Part shown: positions 59,360-64,000 of the stretch, one piece after another
How the letters are laid out: each line of letters opens with the position of its first letter
Position numbering within the stretch: the first letter of the stretch is position 1
Origin: Candidatus Poribacteria bacterium
GTDB taxonomy: Bacteria > Poribacteria > WGA-4E > PCPOR2b
Reading direction: 5' to 3'
Length of the DNA: 64,000 nt
NCBI GenBank assembly: GCA_965116925.1
Contig: OZ220744.1
Span: 2,880,001-2,944,000 of the forward strand
The notes under the pieces: model-generated
The model's database searches: none
What the model saw: only the letters and a program-made list of their open reading frames with translations
What the model was told of the DNA's origin: nothing
Program-made: the position numbers and the translations under genes

Positions 59360-60601
59360 CTACCTCTCTAGAACCATGCCTGCCCGCTCGATTCGTTCAA
59401 ACATCTCCCTAAACGCCGGTGTACCGTCATTATCCCAATATTCAGTTTCGATGGGGGCATCGTAACTCATCGGAACTAACCCACCACGCCAATCTGGTCT
59501 CACCATGAAATGACGAGTATTGGCGGGATCATAGCGATTATACATCATTGAACCGTTGGCAAAACGCGACTTGATAATCCACGGTGCCTGCGCTGGTAGC
59601 TCCAAATCCTCTAGCCGTTCTAGCGCATCCCGATCGAGTGTAAGACCTAGCCCGGGTGCTTCGGGTACTCGCACAAACCCGTTGACTGGATCCAATCTTT
59701 CTTTCACAACATCGCTCTGATAAATCTCCGTGGTAGTAACAAAATGGAAGGTAGCTGTAGGAAAGACCGACATCATGTGCGCGGTCATCGCTCGTGTGAT
59801 AGTGCCACCGACGTTCTGCAGCATGAAGGGAATATTGCCCGCGGCGAAAAGACCGGCACAACGTATAGCTGCGCCTATCTTCTGGTGCCCCCGCATATAC
59901 ACATCCCCAGCCCCCATCAGCACCTCATAGGTGGCCTCCAACGGTGCTTGATGGCGCACGATGGGCAGCGGCACCCGCCGACACAGATCGATCGAAGCCA
60001 GCGTATCTCCAGCATCAATGCAATCCTCAAAGCAACCGGCAATGGGAGACTGTGCTAATTTGCCTAGTAGTTCTGGCATGTAGTCGTCCGTCCCGCCGCC
60101 GGTGAAATCGTAGTGAATTCTGAAGCCCTTGGGTGCCACTGCCTCCATAGCTTCGGTCTGGTCAAAGACATTCTCAAAGGGCGAAAGGTGAAACTTCATC
60201 CAAGTGTAGCCTTGCGCTGCATACCGCTCCACAGCCTCCGCCATCCGCTGTGGATGCGTCGATACCGTCCAACTACTCACGGGCACCCATGAGCGAGTCC
60301 GCTGACCAAAGAGTTGGTAGACCGGCACACCGGCGGCTTGCCCCATTAAATCGTACATGGCTGTCCCCAAAGCCAGTGAGGTTTCGTCCCCAACCCATTT
60401 GAAAGGATTGGTGCCGATGTACTGATCGACGACCTCCTGCGGTTCAGGTCGGCCACCCTCCCCAAGTCCTATCCGTCCGTCGTCTGTATGCACTATGTAT
60501 ATTGTGCGGCTAGCAGGACCTGAGTAGTGGTTCATCTGGTAGGCGATCCAGTCTTGGTATTCGGGGGTAATTTTATGGACTTCGATTTCGGTGATTTTCA
60601 T
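59360..60601 (-). CDS. Mandelate racemase/muconate lactonizing enzyme (enolase superfamily) protein
   Basis: TDDGRIGLGEG, AMYDLMGQAAGVPVYQLFG, WMKFH, VPEAPGLG. Confidence 0.85.
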   Translation of the reverse strand: MKITEIEVHKITPEYQDWIAYQMNHYSGPASRTIYIVHTDDGRIGLGEGGRPEPQEVVDQYIGTNPFKWVGDETSLALGTAMYDLMGQAAGVPVYQLFGQRTRSWVPVSSWTVSTHPQRMAEAVERYAAQGYTWMKFHLSPFENVFDQTEAMEAVAPKGFRIHYDFTGGGTDDYMPELLGKLAQSPIAGCFEDCIDAGDTLASIDLCRRVPLPIVRHQAPLEATYEVLMGAGDVYMRGHQKIGAAIRCAGLFAAGNIPFMLQNVGGTITRAMTAHMMSVFPTATFHFVTTTEIYQSDVVKERLDPVNGFVRVPEAPGLGLTLDRDALERLEDLELPAQAPWIIKSRFANGSMMYNRYDPANTRHFMVRPDWRGGLVPMSYDAPIETEYWDNDGTPAFREMFERIERAGMVLER

Positions 60602-60878
60602 ACTGGCCTCCTTTCAGGGCGGCGCGCATTGATTTTCAATGACAAATCTTCAACGACTGTGTGACAGCATAACACCTTACAATCGGTGTGTCACTAGAAA
60701 GTTGATAATAGACCATTCTTCTCTTGACGTCCAGATGAATTTTTGCGAAAATAGTATGAAAAATAATATAGTAAATGTCAAAAAGATGGTTTCGTAGTGA
60801 CAACTTCAGTCACTCCTCATTTATGATCTCTAACATAATGCTCGAAAATTCGTATCAGAAAGATTGAGGTAATTCACC

Positions 60879-61790
60879 ATGAACTACGATGCGACGAATC
60901 GAACCTTTGACTGTGAACCGACCCTCACCGACACGCAGGTTCTGCAATTTTGTCGCGATGGTTTCCTGACATTGGAAGGCGTTGTCCCCGATGAAGTCAA
61001 CCAACGTGCATGCGATTACTTGAGAGGAAAGATACCGGCTAACCCCTGTTTCATTCCGGAAGGGCTCACCGAAGCGGATTTAGAACGAATCCGTAACTCC
61101 CATGAACCGAGCACAATCCTTCTTGAAGATTGGTACATTGAACATGTGCTTCTCAATGAGCAGCTCGCCGGTGCACTGCGATCACTGCTCGGTAAGAATG
61201 TGGGGTTACCTGTGCTAGTGAGTGATCACAGTACCGAATGTCCCGCGCCCGCCCAAGGTTGGCATCAGGATGCCGACCACATTTTCGGACCGGAGGTTAA
61301 TTTCATTGAGGTCTTTTATTTTCCACAAGACACACCGTTGGAGATGGGACCCACGGAGATTGTACCCGGAACGCATTTCGGTCCCGCCCAACGTGACGCA
61401 GAACATGAAGGGGTCCCAACCAGCGGACCCGCCGGAACGTTTGCCCTCCATTCTCAAAGCATTCTACATCGGAGAGGTGAATCAACTGGTAAAGGACTGC
61501 GGCACATGCTGAAATACAATTACTGGCGAACAGTACCGCCAGAAAGGGATTGGATTGTTGAACCAAACTTTGATTTCCATCGTGCCTATTACGGCGGTCA
61601 TCGCGTTGCTAGATATGTTGCTCACATGCTATACTGGCTCTGCGGAAAAGGCGATGAATTTCGAGTTGTTGGTGGACAGGGATGGCCATGGCGAACCGAA
61701 AACCAAATCGGGCCATCTTATGGATTTGATGTAAGCAGAGGATACCTGCCGGATTGGCGTCAAAATAATGGTGATGGTTACGCAAATTAG
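60879..61790 (+). CDS. Phytanoyl-CoA dioxygenase (PhyH) family protein
   Basis: FCRDGFL, WHQD, GPTEIVPGTH, ILHR facial-triad pattern. Confidence 0.88.
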   Translation: MNYDATNRTFDCEPTLTDTQVLQFCRDGFLTLEGVVPDEVNQRACDYLRGKIPANPCFIPEGLTEADLERIRNSHEPSTILLEDWYIEHVLLNEQLAGALRSLLGKNVGLPVLVSDHSTECPAPAQGWHQDADHIFGPEVNFIEVFYFPQDTPLEMGPTEIVPGTHFGPAQRDAEHEGVPTSGPAGTFALHSQSILHRRGESTGKGLRHMLKYNYWRTVPPERDWIVEPNFDFHRAYYGGHRVARYVAHMLYWLCGKGDEFRVVGGQGWPWRTENQIGPSYGFDVSRGYLPDWRQNNGDGYAN

Positions 61791-61820
61791 AATAATTTAT
61801 CCATACAAGGAGGAAGACAC

Positions 61821-62138
61821 ATGTACGTTATAGTCGCCCCTATTCAGATTAAGGAAGGACATAGGGAGGCATTCATCGAAGCCATGCTCGACGATGCCAA
61901 AGGCTCAGTGAAGGATGAACCCGGCTGTCTACGGTTTGATGTAATTCAGGACGGCACCGATCCCAACCGGATCTGGCTTTACGAGATTTACGTGGACGAG
62001 GCAGCTTTCCAAGCCCATCTGCAAGCCCCTCACTTCATAAAGTGGCGGGATACCGTAAAGGACTGGTTCGCTGAAGGTCCGAAAGGGGCAGGAGGGGGAA
62101 GTTACAATATCTGGCCCCCCGATGATGAATGGAAGTAG
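61821..62138 (+). CDS. ABM-domain protein (LsrG/putative quinol monooxygenase-like)
   Basis: EPGCLRFDV, LYEIY, AFQAHLQAPHF; AGGAGG SD. Confidence 0.88.
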   Translation: MYVIVAPIQIKEGHREAFIEAMLDDAKGSVKDEPGCLRFDVIQDGTDPNRIWLYEIYVDEAAFQAHLQAPHFIKWRDTVKDWFAEGPKGAGGGSYNIWPPDDEWK

Positions 62139-62152
62139 TGTAGCCTCCACAG

Positions 62153-62200
62153 GCTTGACGTACTTTCAAGCACTCACGCTTAGAAGTACGTCAAGCTTTT
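62153..62200 (+). terminator. Hairpin terminator between convergent genes
   Basis: GCTTGACGTACTT / AAGTACGTCAAGC 13-bp stem followed by a short T run. Confidence 0.6.
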
Positions 62201-62244
62201 GATTACAGAGGTAACCACAGTAGAATTATTACCCGCAAGATCTT

Positions 62245-64000
62245 TCAAAGTTCCCGCCTCAGTTCCTCAATTCCATCTCGCAAAGCCGCCGCTTTTTCAA
62301 ACTCCAGATTCGCCGCCGCCGCCTGCATCTGCTTCGTGAGATCAGCAATCAAGGTATGAATATCTTCCTCAGATGTCGCCTCCGAAATCTCGACCCCCAG
62401 AGCATCCGCCGGTTCTTCATCATCGTCAACAAGTGCACTGATGAGATCGCGAATTTCCTTGTCGATTGACGCTGGCGTGATGCCATGTGCTTTGTTGTAC
62501 GCCATCTGAATTTCGCGGCGTCGTTCCGTTTCGTCGATAGCACTGCGGATGGCATCGGTGATTTCATCGGCATACAAGATGACCTCGCCGTCAAGATTTC
62601 GAGCCGCGCGGCCCGCAGTCTGGATTAACGACGTTTCAGATCGGAGGAAGCCCGCCCGGTCCGCATCAAGAATAGCGACTAACGACACCTCTGGCAGATC
62701 CAAACCCTCGCGGAGGAGGTTAATCCCCACAAGAACATCAAAACTCCCCTGCCGGAGCTCTTTTAAGATTCGTGATCGATCTAAGGTGTCAACGTCTGAA
62801 TGGAGATATTCGGCTTTGACACCGGCTTCGGTGAGATAATCAGTCAAATCTTCAGCCATGCGCTTAGTGAGGGTTGTAACAAGGACACGCTGCCTTTGAG
62901 CAACCCGTTCATTGATAACCCCAATGAGATGATCGATCTGTCCGTCAACCGGATAGACGGAAATCTTTGGATCAATTAACCCTGTGGGACGAATAATCTG
63001 TTCGACCACTTGCGAACTCTGTTCAAACTCATAAGGTCCCGGCGTCGCTGAAACAAATACCGCACGATGGAGATACGATTCAAACTCCTCAAACTTGAGA
63101 GGCCGGTTATCCAAAGCAGAAGGTAGGCGGAAGCCGTAGTCAACCAATGTCAACTTGCGGGCGCGGTCGCCCCGATACATCCCACGAATTTGGGGCAAGG
63201 TCACGTGAGATTCATCGATAATCATGAGATAGTCATCAGAAAAATAGTTGAGTAAACAGTAAGGTGGTTCGCCGGGGGCTAGCCCTGAGAAATGGCGCGA
63301 ATAATTCTCAATGCCCTGACAGTAGCCGACTTCCCGCATCATTTCAAGATCAAATCGAGTCCGTTGTTCAATCCGTTGGGCTTCCAATAGTTTATTGTTA
63401 GCAATGAAGTAGTCAATCTGATCTTGCAGTTCGGTTTCAATATCTAACAACGCCTGTTCAAACCGTTCAGCGTCCGTCATGAAATGTCTAGCAGGGAAAA
63501 GTGTGATTGACTCATGTTCCGTCAAGATCTCGCCCGTTAGAGTATCAATCTCAGTAATCCGCTCGACCTCGTCCCCGAAAAGTTCGATCCGGTAGGCGGT
63601 ATCTGCATACGCAGGAAAAACTTCGATCACATCGCCGCGCGCCCGGAAACTCCCACGCGAAAAATCGATGTCATTCCGCTCATATCGAATATCCACAAAC
63701 GCACGTAGGAGTTTATTCCTTTTGATAATGTCCCCGCAGCTCACCTCAACTCGCTGGAAATCGTACTCCTTGGGGGATCCAATACCGTAGATACAGGAAA
63801 CACTCGCAACGACGATAACGTCACGGCGTGTGAGCAGCGAGGCGGTCGAGGCGAGACGCAATCGATCAATCTCTTCGTTAATCTGTATATCTTTTTCTAT
63901 GTAGGTATCTGTGACCGGCAGATATGCTTCAGGCTGGTAGTAATCGTAGTAACTGACAAAATAATGAACAGCGTTGTGTGGGAAGAATTCTCGGAACTCG
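62245..64000 (-). CDS. uvrB: Excinuclease ABC subunit B (5' end outside the window)
   Basis: [54 protein letters not shown]-terminal UVR domain. Confidence 0.97.
   Translation of the reverse strand, partial: EFREFFPHNAVHYFVSYYDYYQPEAYLPVTDTYIEKDIQINEEIDRLRLASTASLLTRRDVIVVASVSCIYGIGSPKEYDFQRVEVSCGDIIKRNKLLRAFVDIRYERNDIDFSRGSFRARGDVIEVFPAYADTAYRIELFGDEVERITEIDTLTGEILTEHESITLFPARHFMTDAERFEQALLDIETELQDQIDYFIANNKLLEAQRIEQRTRFDLEMMREVGYCQGIENYSRHFSGLAPGEPPYCLLNYFSDDYLMIIDESHVTLPQIRGMYRGDRARKLTLVDYGFRLPSALDNRPLKFEEFESYLHRAVFVSATPGPYEFEQSSQVVEQIIRPTGLIDPKISVYPVDGQIDHLIGVINERVAQRQRVLVTTLTKRMAEDLTDYLTEAGVKAEYLHSDVDTLDRSRILKELRQGSFDVLVGINLLREGLDLPEVSLVAILDADRAGFLRSETSLIQTAGRAARNLDGEVILYADEITDAIRSAIDETERRREIQMAYNKAHGITPASIDKEIRDLISALVDDDEEPADALGVEISEATSEEDIHTLIADLTKQMQAAAANLEFEKAAALRDGIEELRREL

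Noticed and set aside
1..64000. CRISPR array or cas genes
   Set aside because: All tandem repeats seen are contiguous 7-24 bp units without unique spacers; no cas-like ORF

Overview
A 64-kb bacterial chromosomal segment. Gene content (secreted LRR/cohesin/dockerin proteins with an NYPNPFNPETWIPYQL-type C-terminal domain, PhyH, many Gfo/Idh/MocA and enolase-superfamily enzymes) suggests Candidatus Poribacteria; this is inference, not a database match. Housekeeping genes (dnaG 5' end, mutS2, tRNA-Gly, a Ski2/HelY-like helicase, mtnA, a UbiD-family decarboxylase, uvrB 3' end) surround a ~30-kb cell-envelope region with two parts. (i) A + strand cluster of TPR/HEAT and PDZ/HEAT lipoproteins, a 2084-aa PorU-like C25 peptidase and a PorV-like barrel, resembling type IX secretion attachment machinery; a probable cargo protein with the same C-terminal sorting domain lies nearby. 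(ii) A - strand operon of three paralogous ~1400-aa kinase-less beta-propeller lipoproteins followed by an Asp-rich outer-membrane barrel. These envelope genes are invaded in frame by 7-, 8- and 9-nt tandem repeats and short palindromes, which even build signal peptides. The PorV-like gene carries a 19-bp tandem duplication that removes its terminal Phe. Also present: two Rpn-family genes with strong internal start sites (candidate intragenic antitoxins), an unassigned ~200-nt structured RNA behind a perfect sigma70 promoter, MITE/REP elements and a STAS pseudogene. No CRISPR array or rRNA was seen.
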